DNA from: Eledone cirrhosa
Lineage: Eukaryota
Direction: 5' to 3'
Assembly (NCBI GenBank): GCA_964016885.1
Contig: OZ024749.1
Span: 47,988,001 to 48,052,000 of the forward strand
Length of the DNA: 64,000 bases
The number at the start of each line of letters is the position of its first letter. Position 1 is the stretch's first letter. The notes beneath the pieces are model-generated. The model was given only the letters and a program-made list of their open reading frames with translations, was not told the DNA's origin and did no database searches. This document shows positions 1-14,056 of this stretch, piece after piece. The position numbers and the translations under genes are program-made.

Positions 1-14
1 CTGTGTGTGTGTAT

Positions 15-75
<61 letters not shown>

Positions 76-125
76 TGTGTGTGTGTGTGTGTGCGTGTGT
101 GTGTGAGTGAATGTGTGAATGGGTG
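1..125. repeat. (TG)n/(TGCG)n microsatellite
   Basis: Direct inspection. Confidence 0.95.
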
Positions 126-699
126 TGTTTCTCAGTGTCAATATAATCGATACACAATCAGGTGTAGTCTTTGTTGGTGATAATTTATAGTTTTTCCTGT
201 TCACATTCAGGTTTGGAAGGTATTATTAAATATTAGATCATAAGTGATATGCAATTATGTATATATATGTAAAAATACTCGAAGTTACTGAACTATATGT
301 GAACATTATTTGCAACAATTAGTGGTATTGAGATTTTGATTTTAACCTATATATACAAAACCAAGTTAATGATGCTCACACCTTTTGTTGATGTGTTCAC
401 AAGATTACAGAATTTGATGAAGCGATTGTGCGAATGTGAAACGGCTAAATCAAGTAATGGCACGTATGAAATGTCTGTATCACAATAGTCAATAGTTTTG
501 CTAGAGTTATTCTAGCGTTAACAAATAAACATTAACAAAATATTATTCGCCTGTTAGTAAAGGATTCAATACAGTTAGTGCAAATTGTACAAAACATCAA
601 ATTTGTTAAGAAACGATATCTATTTGCTCGAAAACCTACTTTTCTCTTCTCTCTTCCTCACTATCTTCACTTCGCTTTCTCTCAATCACACTCACTCGT

Positions 700-1150
<451 letters not shown>

Positions 1151-2429
1151 GTTGCGTTTCTATATTACTTTTCTTCGGATGGGGAGCCTAACAAGTTTCA
1201 AATATCGAATCAATTTTAATTTACTTTTTTGTTTTCTTTACAGACCATACTTATATGTCTATTCAATATAAAATGTATATATTTACATTACTGTATGTAT
1301 AGAAATTTAACTTGTTCACGTTCGTCACTTATCCTCCAGGGCAATATAAAGTCGTTCATAATATTGAGCCCAGATTGATGCCATATAGGCGTGTATGTGA
1401 AAAGAAAACTTAGAGATAGGTGCCTGCAAGTAGGATAGTATAAGTTGCAGACAAGTGTTGCAAATTGTTAGGTCAAAAAGAGGGAAATATGTTTACAATT
1501 TCTGCAAAACAGGAGAAACAAATTTAATACGTGTATATCTGTGTGAAATTGGTAGATAAATAGAGACAGAGAGTTACAAAGATTTGCTGCTAGTAAATGT
1601 GTGAGAGTGTGTTTCTGTGTGTAAGATAGATAGATAGAGAGGGAGGGAGGGTGAGAGAAAAAGGGAGTTGTCGCTAATAAATAAACAATTAGTTAATTGC
1701 AGAATGAGTACGAAGTATTAGATTAGTAATAGCAAAGTCGCACACAACAATATGAAAAAAAAAATACTAAATAGGAGAAAAAATTAAGTATATATTGATT
1801 ATATCTTGCTTATTCCACTCATAGTTTGGTTGATATTTTTGAAGATATTTAAAAGAAACACATGAAACAATCACAGGGGATAATGTGTAAAGTGTGTAAT
1901 CACACATATTTATGTAGGTAAGTAATTAGAGTTTAACTAGAGCATCAAATATTACCTTTTAAAAAATGATTAATCCTCCTTGTATATATTTCATTAAATA
2001 AATATATTTCACCGTTAATCCGTAAAGTCACAGTAGTCAATCTTGGATCTTCAGCAAGGGGGAAGATTTAACGATCTGTACTAACACATCTAATGCAAAT
2101 CTGCAAGTTAGTCATCGCCCGTGTTGCATTTCTAAAACTACTAACAACATGCTAGCGTCACCACATTGGCGTGAATACGGTGATCGACAAGTATAAATAG
2201 CAGCCGGGTCCTTTCAACTGAATAAGCTCTACAATTAAGGAGCCGATTATATATCTAAAATTAATTAAATTGAATTAACGGAGTCATGTCCGAGACATGC
2301 GGCATATCCACCGTAGAATATAGCTCAAAGATTCCAATGAATAGATCCGAGCATTTTATATCAACTAGAAATTGATTGACAAAATAAACACATGAAATGA
2401 CTCCCTTAATTTAATTAAATTAAATTAAT

Positions 2430-2492
<63 letters not shown>

Positions 2493-2497
<5 letters not shown>

Positions 2498-2714
2498 AAC
2501 CAGTAAGACCCCGACAGCTGAGCTCAAGCCGTTTCGACGGCTAATTCTGGACGGCTAATTCGACGGCTAATTCTGAGTCCAGAATTAGCCGTCGAAACGG
2601 CTTGAGCTCAGCTGTCGGGGTCTTACTGGTTCCTATTACCCACTCTACTACCTCAAGTATTGAGTACTTTGGTGCGTTATAGTCCACCTGGTTCCTTACC
2701 ACATTTCCTTCGTT
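2493..2714 (+). mobile_element. Fold-back mini-element family A (3' half of a hammerhead plus tail) in (TA)n
   Basis: Inverted arms 2493-2552 and 2577-2636. Sense arm GTC GAAA CGGC TTGAGCTCA GCTG TC GGGG. A homologous copy lies at 10231-10447 in the opposite orientation. Confidence 0.7.
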
Positions 2715-2829
2715 ATATATATATATATATATATTATGAAGAGAGAAGAAACATTTAGATATAATTAGTAATAAAATGTATCATACCTAAACTGCTCCTA
2801 GATTCCTCGACTACGTATATGTGTGTTTC

Positions 2830-2869
<40 letters not shown>

Positions 2870-2870
2870 T

Positions 2871-2923
<53 letters not shown>

Positions 2924-5790
2924 CGTTGCATATACTCTATATAAAGTATCGCCCACCCAATGTTTGTTTTTTTTCCCTCAAATACATTAATATTACCAGG
3001 GAGGTTGAACTGAGGTGTGCCGGGACGGTCATGGCAGCCCTCAAATACTATTTCTCACCAAACTTCCAAAACAGATATCTATTTTATATGCTCTACAATT
3101 TATATAAATATGATGTAGAGACAAATGGGGGAGGTAGATATAGATATAGACATGGGGAGAGTTTGGTGGTAATTGATATAAAGAGGAACGTTGTGAGAGT
3201 GTGTTGTATATTAGATATAGATAGGTGAAGTGATTAATGTATATTGATATAGAGAAATACATTTGAAGAGAGTAGTAAATATACAGAGGATGGGAGTTTG
3301 GCGTTAATCGATATAGAGAAGGGGATTGGAAGAGAGTTCCGTGTAGTAGATAAAAACCACGATGGCTAGTGCTGACAATCAACGTTGGTTTCTATCATAT
3401 TTATTTACTCAAACATACAAAAACAAAGATTCACAACACCTGAAAGCCGCTTACATTCAATACGATTATTTAATATTTGCAAAGTAGCACATGAGTGATT
3501 GAGGCCTCCTGTTTGATGGTTTTTTCATAAGAAGCAAAGCAGGGGCACACATGGCTCGATTTGTGGTTGATATTACGTTTTCATGAATAGACTCGCCACC
3601 TCCTCAACTAAGAAGGAATTTACTCGGCACACTCTTTCGAAAGTCGGTTACCTTTCATCCTTGACCATCGAAGTTAAAAACCATATTCTTTTTTTCTAAA
3701 TTATCTGCAAGGGTTGGAAACATATTTGGAGATTTTAGGCACGACTGGGTCTCATGTTATTATCACTTAATGTTAGGTGTTTGCTATATTCAAAGCTTTA
3801 GCGCGTTGTAACACTTTTTATTCATGCAGTTTGTCATTAAATCATATATATCAGCTCGACTATCTCTAATACGTGACGAGAGTATAATCTGCTGTCATAT
3901 AAATATGCACATTATTTTAGAGTAGTAATATTTTTGAACATATGCATTGCTTTTCAGTATAAAACAAGGCATAACGCATATATCCTTCCGTTTTTTTTAT
4001 ATATTTATATATTTTCTCTTGATGATTTGGGAGAAATGTTCTGGTTCATATCTAAAACCACGTTAAGTAAAAGCCATTATGCAAATTAAAAGTTTCTATA
4101 TCAGACGAAGTCCTAAATCGAAAACCTACCAAATGCTGTAATTTCCTTCATAACTAATGTCAATCTTAATTTCTTTCTTTCTGCAGAGTATAAATACATG
4201 CTCGTATTCCCATTGAACAAAAAAGCTCAATAAAGTTATAAAAGCTTAATAATATGTTTGACGGCAGCATATTGCTTTCGATCCATTTGAAAGATTTTAG
4301 CAAAAATATATTTTTAGTTACTATTTGCAGTGATTCATTTTGTTATACATATTTTATAAGGTAAAACTGAGGCTTTCAAATCATACTTTACACGTTACAT
4401 CCGGAACGTTTTCTCTTTTACGCTATAACATAGAAGCTATAAGTGATATTTGATACTTATTTTAACGTCACACAAACACACACGGACACACACATACACA
4501 TGTATATAGAAATGAAAGAAACCGAAATCCAAAACAGACTAATATCTTTCCATTGCTGATGGTATCTCCTAGTTGAAACAGCAAATGGAAATGAAGACTA
4601 CTCAATCACAACTCACTGCTCGATCTAGGAATCGAATCCACGATCGAATAATCGGAATTCCACCACCCTAATGTTTCCAATCGTACTATGGGTTACATTT
4701 CATAAATGAAAAATGTTATAATATAAGATATTTCGTATATTCTTACTCAAAAGGGATTAATGAAGCAAGTCTGGTTTGAAAGTATGCCATATACAGAATA
4801 CCCGAGTACGTCTCACCAGTGAAATCTGTTACGTTAAAAAATGGTGGAAGCCCATTTGTGGGAGCTTTACATCATTAGATTTAACGCTAACTGTCCGTTC
4901 CTCGGTACCTTGTGGGCAAATCTACTCCTATGCAAGCATTTAGAAATAGATCTGCTGTCAGAAAGTAAATGTATTACTTTTCCTCGTTAGTTATAGAGGC
5001 TCTGATAAAATTTATAAGCGACGACTTACCACCATTTACTATATCATTATAATAATATAATATCTGGTAGGCTGAAGGTTATGGTGTGTTTTGTTATACT
5101 TTAATTATTTGGAACACAGTTAACGTTACAAATTATCATAAACCTGTCAATATCGCATTATATAAAAATAAGCGAACGTATTTAAAAAATCTTCCAAGAT
5201 ATCTCACCAAAATCCCCTTTAATAGAAGCTGTTCTTTTTAAAATAAAAACGAAGGTTTCATCTAACACCATTTTTAGATTTTTTTATGGGTAAAAATATT
5301 TCGATCAAATGCCTATTCGATTGTAGCTAATCTGAAACTAAACAACAACGTGTTTGATTGAAAAACATAAACGTGTTTTCGCTAGCAATTAGCTGAATCA
5401 ACAGATTATCCGTGCGTTTGTTTTTCTAACAACTAGAAAATCAATATAAGGTGGGTATTGTATGAGTGAGGTTAATATTCTTCAGCATTAATATTCTCAA
5501 ACATCCATAGTCCCAACAGTAATTGTATAATGGTATTCTTTGGTTACTTTTTTTAAAATTCTGTTTATGTTTCTGTTATTTGTTCCTTACATAAGCTTAA
5601 GCCGTCAGATCTTTAGTTCAAAAGTGATTAATTAGATGGGCCATATAGCTACACGGCTATTAGCAGGCACGGTTGTGCAGTTAAATATTTACTTCCCTTA
5701 AACATATTGTCTTTGGTTCGATCAGATTATTTCGCACTACTACTAGAATGTATGATTAAACACATCTTTGTAGGACGGGAATTGTAGAGA

Positions 5791-5867
<77 letters not shown>

Positions 5868-6395
5868 GAGACAGAGAGAATAACCAAGTAATATTTAAAA
5901 CGAAATCTTAATGTTTCAATTTAGATCGGCGGGCCATATCAGGGTCAATATTGGTTAACCCTAATATTAACACACACACAAACATGCACGTGCCCCTCCC
6001 CCACACACACGTACATTAACACCCCCCACAGACACATATATATATATATATACAATGGCGAACTGGCCAGATAGCCATGTTGCCAAATGACAGGGATCCC
6101 ACGGTAACATTGCAAGAGCCCACAGTAGCATTGCAGGTCTATTAAAAAAATACCTGAAATCTAAGAGAAAGAATTTTCTTCTAAATAAATAAAACAATTA
6201 CGCAAAGTATTTGGTCAACCAATTCTCCAGGGAATTAATAGAATCCAAAATATATGATAGTACTATAGCTGGAATCAGTGGTTGTACATTCTACTAAATC
6301 TAAAGCTTAGTGTAGTCATTCAGTTATGCACACATACATATATACACATACATATATACATATGCACACATACATATAAAGAAATATATAGATGC

Positions 6396-6444
<49 letters not shown>

Positions 6445-6484
6445 ATATATATATAAGATATATATATAAGATATATATATATAT

Positions 6485-6642
6485 AAGATCCGTCTCTTCG
6501 TTGGTGTAGAGGAGTCTGTGCCGCTGTACGGGTCTGAGACATGGACACTGACTATATATATATATATATATATAGTCAGTGTCCAAGTATCAGACCCGTA
6601 CAGCGGCACAGACTCCTCTACACCAACGAAGAGACGGATCTT
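6485..6642. mobile_element. Inverted duplication of a 68-bp RTE-clade LINE coding fragment around a (TA)n spacer
   Basis: Arm translates KIRLFVGVEESVPLYGSETWTLT (LYGSETW motif C-terminal to the RT in RTE LINEs). Arms 6485-6552 and 6575-6642 differ at 2 positions. Confidence 0.75.
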
Positions 6643-7510
6643 ATATATACATATGGATCGTATATTTATATGTTACAATTTCATCATTGAGTCAAGGATC
6701 AATGATTAATTGTGTTTATAATCGTATAGGAGAGAAGTGCAAATTTAAAGGAAGCGATGCCCGTAAAACTGCAAACGTTTAGAATGGCAGCAATCTGGTG
6801 AGACCTTTTTGTGGAAACTTGTGTCAGAAATTAACATGACATATATTACATCTTTTTCTTTGTTGTATTATTGTCTATATAATCGGGACAACCACATTCA
6901 TTCGATCGTAATTATCTTTAATGCATTCCATATACGCCGTTGTGCTGTATCCTCTAACCGTGTCAGACAAAGACATTCATTTTATTATATTTAGATATAA
7001 ATTATTTAAGCAAAATCACGAGGCTAATCGTTTCTGGTTTGCTTTCAGATTAAATAGTTTAAAGATAAATACAATAACAATAATGAAATACATACTTTAA
7101 AGTTATTTTAATAAATGTTATATTACACATTACGTGATATGTTAAGTTAGTAAAATAATATTATAATAACTAGCTTTGTGAAAGTGTTTTCTAATATGTT
7201 TAGTTATGCTTTTACTTTTAAATCATAATTTGTATTTAATGTCTAATTAACAGGGCATCCTCCTCATAATCATATTATTCTCATTAGGCTTCACACTACA
7301 GGAGATAGGACTCGATGAATTCTCTTTTGAGAGTTCTAATTGCAATGAATATAATTATAATTTTCATTGTTGTATTTTATATATTTTTCCTTGTATATCT
7401 CTCAATTCGAAACAGTTGAAAGAAGACAGGATGATAGCGTAAACGTTCCAGTCACTACTACTACTACTACTACTACTACTGATACACACCACTGACACTA
7501 CTACTACTAC

Positions 7511-7541
<31 letters not shown>

Positions 7542-7542
7542 G

Positions 7543-7900
7543 GTGTGAGAGCGTTGGATGAAATTCATTGTAGTATTTTTATATTTTGAGCTCGAGTCAA
7601 GCCGAAGTTAATTTTGCCTTTCATAATTCCAAACTTTATATATATTGTACCAGTCATATATTAGTGCTGTTTACCCTCGAGCAATGTTTTCTGTCTAAAT
7701 TGGAAACTATTATTTGGATTGGCAATAACGGTAGAGGGTTGGATGCCATGCTTTCCAGCAAAGAGTTACAGCCCTTTATGGTCTGAGTTCATATCCCGCC
7801 GAGGTTAACTTTGCCTTTAGTCCTTACGGGGTCGATAAAATAAAGTATCAGTAATACACTGGGATAATTGCTGGCCTTGTGCCAAAAGTAGAAACAATTA
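7543..7900 (+). mobile_element. Two tandem SINE copies (degenerate 7543-7712; younger 7716-7900)
   Basis: Homology to 9851-10041. Confidence 0.75.
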
Positions 7901-7930
7901 TTATATTAATTTACCGTTGTTCCGATATTC

Positions 7931-7978
<48 letters not shown>

Positions 7979-8233
7979 AAAAGTAAGTATTTTCTTGGTG
8001 ATGTTACCTGCGATCGGTCTCACTTTTACGCAATTCTGTGGAGAAGTTATTTTCTACAGGAATACTTCATGAAATGATATCTTGTAAATTCTGCTTTTAT
8101 TCAACTCACCAACATCCTCGGAAAATGTGAACGAATACGTCATTACATAAGTTAGAGGAAAAGTTACATTCAGATATTTACACACGGACACACATACATA
8201 CAGACACATATTATACACACACACCCACACACC

Positions 8234-8338
<105 letters not shown>

Positions 8339-8800
8339 GCATATATATATATGTATATAATATGTGTGTGTATGTATGCATTTCATTATGGCCTCAAGTA
8401 TTGTGGTAGTATTATTGTAAACAAATTTATTTTCCCCCCAAGAGAAACAAAATGAAGTACATAGATGGAGCTGCATCCGTAACAACTTTCATTTAAAGCG
8501 ATGGCAAAAAATATGTTCGAAATATAATTGATTGAATTTAAAGAGGTTAAATCTAAGGGGATCACGTCCAATACCAGTAACAACAGTTTTCCATCAAATC
8601 TTAACTTCGCAGAAAATTAGACGAACTGAGTGAAATGCTTCCAGCACAATGAATCAATCAGATATAACATATACACATGCGACGGATTGGGCCCCTCCAT
8701 ACACGAAATATACATCTCCTACTTTCGCTTTCGCTCCCCAAACATATGTATATAATTTTAGAAATATTTACTTCTGCATCCACATTTTGATTTTTGTTTA

Positions 8801-9038
<238 letters not shown>

Positions 9039-9206
9039 CATACCAATACTGGAATTGAATAATCAAGACCGTAGCGGTATGTCATATATTTTCTCTGTTG
9101 AGGACGTACTGAAAAAACAACACAGTACCTTTGAAATATATATAATAAAGTGTATATTTTGATTATGAAAATATTTTTCATTTGTTAATATTATGAATGA
9201 TATATA

Positions 9207-9295
9207 TATGTCTTATGGTAGCTAAGATGCGTCCATAGGCAGTATGCCTGTTGAGCACTCTATGAAATGAGTAGCGATGTATAACTGGTTCTTCG

Positions 9296-9337
<42 letters not shown>

Positions 9338-9640
9338 ATGTGTCGATATATATATTTACGTATATATAATATATTATATGAGGAGTTTAATACACTATAT
9401 AAATGTCAAATCTTGCTGCATATAAATGTCAAATCTTGCTGCCGAGAGAAATAAATGACAAAATACATTAGGTTAGGGTAAAGACTGTCCGCCGGCGAAA
9501 CAATTGTAACGCACAATTAATTGAGTTCTGATGCACCAATTATTTTTCGTTTTCTATTTCATCATACTCTGCTCTGTAAGAGGATATAGTGCTCAACCGG
9601 CATTACGCCAATGGAAGCTTCTTAGCTACCATAAGACACA
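9207..9640. mobile_element. Family D copy (sense arm 9481-9640; inverted tail fragment 9207-9265)
   Basis: AAGA CTGTCCGCCGGC GAAA CAATTG TA ACGC..., ending CTTAGCTACCATAAGACA. 9207-9265 is its inverted terminal piece. Confidence 0.55.
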
Positions 9641-9850
9641 CATATATATATATATAAATATGTATATATATATGTGTCTTATGTGTCTTATTCATCTCTG
9701 AGGATACAGTGGTCACAGCATTGAATATTTGAGTTCTGCAAATTCTTGTAAATTTGCACATAGCATAACTAGGCTGTAGTACCACTGTGGAAATATTTGT
9801 AAGCACACGGAATAAATTACCTTTTATGATGTCTACCTGTTATTATTCAT

Positions 9851-10041
9851 GGGCGGTGGATTGGCAGTATCGGTAGAGAGTCGGACGCCATGCTTTCCAG
9901 CATAGTTACGTCCCTTTACGATCTGAGTTCAAATCCCGCCGAGGTTGACTTTGCCTTTCATCCTTACGGGATCGATAAAATAAAGTACCAGTAATGCACT
10001 GGGTAATTGCTGGCCTTGTGCCTAAAGTAGAAACAATTATT
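9851..10041 (+). mobile_element. tRNA-derived SINE, full length (main family of the window)
   Basis: A-box-like TGGCAGTATCGG, B-box GAGTTCAAATCC, central GCCTTTCATCCTTACGGG.TCGATAAAATAAAGTACCAG (resembles the Deu/Nin-type domain), tail ACAATTATT. TSD ATTATTCAT. Confidence 0.85.
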
Positions 10042-10190
10042 CATTCTTTATATACACTCCGGAATACAGAAGGATCAGGAACTAAGTTTCTTCAACAATT
10101 CTTCCATAACTCGTAGAGTAACCTCTCACCGTACCTCAACCATATCCAGTGTAGTAATTAACCACTACTACATCTTGGGTAATCCTATAC

Positions 10191-10230
<40 letters not shown>

Positions 10231-10231
<1 letters not shown>

Positions 10232-10446
10232 CAAAGGAATTGTGGTAAGGAACCAGATGTACCATAATGCACCAGAGTACTCAATACTTAGGGTAGTAGG
10301 GCGGGAAATAGGAAAAGGTATGACCCTGACGGCAGAGCCCAAGCCGTTTCGACAGCTATTTCTGGTTTGTGTGTGTGTGTGTATTAAAATAACAGAAATA
10401 GCCGTCGAAACGGCTTGAGCTCTGCCGTCGGGGTCATACGTTTGCC

Positions 10447-10447
<1 letters not shown>
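10231..10447 (-). mobile_element. Fold-back mini-element family A, second copy
   Basis: Reverse-complement homology to 2580-2714. Short inverted arm 10393-10447 carries GAAA CGGC TTGAGCTCT GCCG TC GGGG. Flanked by (TA)n. Confidence 0.7.
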
Positions 10448-10519
<72 letters not shown>

Positions 10520-10600
10520 GTTATTCCGGGTTGAATCGGAGGTAACCACAGTAAGTAAGGTACTCAATACATAGCAGAGTATAAAAGTTTTAATATAGAT

Positions 10601-10653
10601 GAGATTCTACAGGACTAGAACTGTTTCATTCATTAGAAATCATCAGGAATCTC
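10601..10653 (-). ncRNA. Type-I hammerhead ribozyme with canonical core
   Basis: Minus strand GAGATTC CTGATGA T TTC TAAT GAA T GAAA CAG TTCTAGTC CTG TA GAATCTC: 7-bp stem I, CUGAUGA, short stem II, GAAA, 3-bp stem III, GUA cleavage triplet. Confidence 0.75.
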
Positions 10654-10733
10654 CTGATGATTTCTAATGAAGTTTTAATATAGATGAGATTCTACAGGAC
10701 TAGAACTGTTTCATTCATTAGAAATCATCAGGA

Positions 10734-10783
10734 ATTCCTGATGATTTCTAATGAATGAAACAGTTCTAGTCCTGTAGAATCTC
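10734..10783 (+). ncRNA. Type-I hammerhead ribozyme (mirror copy; a third copy lies on the minus strand at 10686-10735)
   Basis: ATTC CTGATGA TTTCTAATGAAT GAAA CAG TTCTAGTC CTG TA GAAT. Confidence 0.7.
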
Positions 10784-11397
10784 ATCTATATTAAAACTAT
10801 ATATATATATATATATAAAGAAGAAGAATGTATTTGACCTGGACCCCCTACTGTTTCTGCCTGCAATTTCACTCAGACGTGCGTATTCGGGAATGTAGAA
10901 GAGGGAAGATAAGGACTAGAAGGGGGAGAGTGAAGAAGAAGTCCGAGAGGGAACGTAAGAAATAAAAAGAGTAGAAAAATATATATTATACGGGGTTGGA
11001 AGAGAAGAAGAAAACGAAGAAATCGGATAGATTATCATAATTTTGGGAGTGTAGGTTGTGTAGAATTAGGTCAAACAGATCAAGTCATTTTCATCTCAGA
11101 TGTTGGTCATAGTTCTAGAGAATGTCATCAATAGCCTGTTAAGTGGTAACGAGAGGAAAGGATATGGGAAGCTAGAGATAGAAGTGTTGATATAATTTAC
11201 GATTTTTTGGGTATTCATACTCACAAAAACACGCACGCACACACATGCACATACACGCACGCACACATACACATACATGCACATACAAGCACACACTTTA
11301 CTTGCGTATGCACGCGTACTAAAAATAAGAAATATACTATAAACAAAACGGTATAGAGATACACTTTAATACATCCTAATTAACCTAGCATTGCCAG

Positions 11398-11482
<85 letters not shown>

Positions 11483-11849
11483 CTCTTTCTTTCTTCTTCT
11501 CCTCTTTCTTTCCCCTTGTGGTATATTTCTTCTTATCTTTCTATATCTTACCTTCCATCTCGGTCTCTCTATTCCCCTCCATCTGCTCCTTAAATCAGAA
11601 ACATTAGGATCTCTCGATTGAATATTTGGTCCCCAGATATAACAAATATGAATCTTATTATGCATCGAGTACTTCGTTGGTCTTCAGCGCCTAATAACAC
11701 AGAAGCACGTGTCATTCATTCTCACACGTATACTGAGGTACGCGTGACATGATCCCCGTTTGAAATATTCATAGTGAGATACATGTATGTTTAATGTTCA
11801 TAAAAGATCATATGTGCCTTCATATTCCAGAAATACTTACAACAGCCGT

Positions 11850-11951
<102 letters not shown>

Positions 11952-12078
11952 GAACAAATTCGAGAACCCGACAGTGAAACTCGTGCCTTTTCAACAGCTA
12001 GATCTGCAGGCGCTCAGACGAATACCAACTTATCCGATGAGTTATAGGCTAGATTTTTTTAATGCATCCATTCGGACT

Positions 12079-12228
<150 letters not shown>

Positions 12229-12639
12229 ATTATATTTATTTATTTATAATTTCTATGTATATAAACAATTGCAGTAGAATACAACAACTGGTATCTATTT
12301 TAAAACTGTTGTGTCTAATTTAGAAAGCATTATTATTATGATGAAAACAATAGAAAATGTTCTGAAAATAGAATCAATGCTACGTATTTTAAGAGAAACT
12401 ATAGTCGATGTGATCGACCAGGATAGTCTATTATTACGCATTGTATTCTCCCTCGTAGTTAATAAAAAACGAATTACACCAATAATGGCAAGGGATGTAA
12501 CTCAATTACGTAAGGCTTTTTGTCAGTACTGTATTGATTTCTACTATAAACGTAATTACTACTACTACTACTACTACAAGTCTTACAAACAAAAAACAAA
12601 CAATGATCACATGATCTGTAGAAACTAATGATAATAATA

Positions 12640-12800
12640 TCGGTTTCTGATTGAAGCACAAGGTCAACAATTTTGCGTTGGGGGAAAATCGATTAAATTG
12701 ACCTCAATGCGTTACTGGTATCTTACTTTACTGACCTCGCAAGTATGTAAGGTATACCTAATCTCAGCGCTGTTTGAACTCAGAAAGTAAGGCCCGTAAC
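12640..12800 (-). mobile_element. Degenerate SINE
   Basis: GCACAAGGTCAACAATT..TTGAACTCAGA, reverse match to the main SINE. Confidence 0.55.
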
Positions 12801-13189
12801 TCTCTGCTGCCAAGCTTCTCATACGACTCTCCTCGATATTATCAAAAATATCAAAATATATTACCTAATCATATGGTGCGTCAACACCATCACCAAACCC
12901 GTCACCATCCTCATCACGAGTATACACGTTTGACTATAGTAGCTTACAATCAACATTCCCCGACACAATGCTTCGCTATGTGTGACCCCGAAATCTGGTG
13001 ATTAGCAATTGCCATCGCTGGGATTTGAACCATTACATTATAATGAACGTATTTTAATAATCGGCTGCTATTTTGTTCGCCTCTCTCCATTGTCCTCTTC
13101 TCCACGTCGTTCTCGGCACTCCTTTTATTATAGTATTTTGAATAACAAGAGTTACAGCATTCATTTACAACCCATTGTATTTATATTTC

Positions 13190-13540
13190 TACCAAGGTCA
13201 AGGTTGCCTTTCAACTTACCGGATTCGTTAAAATAGAGTTCACGTTAAATACTGGGATCGATATAATCGACTTTCCTCTCACTACAAATTAATTGCTTTG
13301 TACATAAATTAGAAATCATTATAGTGTTGGGTATTGGCAGAGACAATCAAGCGTCGAACAAATGCAATATTTTACTACATTTACTTACGTTGCTTTATAT
13401 TTTGATTTGATATCTCGATGAGGTCAACTTTGCCTCTTACCATTCCGGGGTGTGTAACATAATGTACGAGCCAAATACTAGAGTCGATGAAATCGGTGTC
13501 CCCACCACACAATTCTTGCTTTGTGCCTAAATTAGAAATG
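13190..13540 (+). mobile_element. Two degenerate tandem SINE copies
   Basis: GAGGTCAACTTTGCC..TTGTGCCTAAATTAGAAA. Confidence 0.55.
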
Positions 13541-13827
13541 TATCTTCTCTATATCTAGGTGCAGGTGACGAATTGGCAGAGATATTGGATTAAAAAATAA
13601 CCTGATGAGGCCTACTTTAACCTCATCATTTCAAGCACGATTAATTACGGAGCGCACAAGACATTGTATTGGTGAAAGACCTTATGGTATTTCTTTAACT
13701 TCCTTAACTTCTGTAACCATGGGTGGTAGGTAGATTCTTTCGAATTTGTTAACACTTTCATCTAGTCTTTCAGTGTTTGGTAGTAGCTCACTCTATTGCA
13801 ACCTTTCCGACCAGAAATCCACTTGAA

Positions 13828-14056
13828 CCCTTTAGCGTTTACATTACTCTATATTTACCGTTGTATTTTGTGGTAAAGGCTATACTCACATAATTACCTC
13901 ACATAATATAAAAATTATGAGATTTTGATGTTATTTATTTTGAGAACTATACCTTAAAGTTGGTATGAGGAGTTAGTTACGACCAGTTTGAACAGAAAAA
14001 GGTTAGAGAATCCTGGCCGGATATGACCGTTTATGACCAGTTTAAATGCTAAAGGG
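13828..14056. mobile_element. piggyBac-type MITE
   Basis: TIRs CCCTTTAGCGTTTA and TAAATGCTAAAGGG; flanks TGAA and ATAA resemble a decayed TTAA target duplication. Confidence 0.6.

Larger units (their letters stand above)
10519..10798. mobile_element. Fold-back mini-element family B with three hammerhead copies
   Basis: Perfect palindrome 10671-10798 centred on GAATTC (10732-10737), preceded by a direct copy of its left arm (10586-10653). Flanked by (TA)n. Confidence 0.75.

Noticed and set aside
4537-4591. TTTCCATTG CTGATGG...GAAA CAGCAAATGGAAA, hammerhead-like
   Set aside because: Core has A9G, no convincing stem II and no UH site; better explained as a simple hairpin.
9398-9442. 22-bp tandem duplication (also short ones at 41101-41141 and 56905-56937)
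   Set aside because: Ordinary slippage duplications with no associated structure.
9851-9945. tRNA-like A and B boxes
   Set aside because: Part of the SINE head; no cloverleaf.
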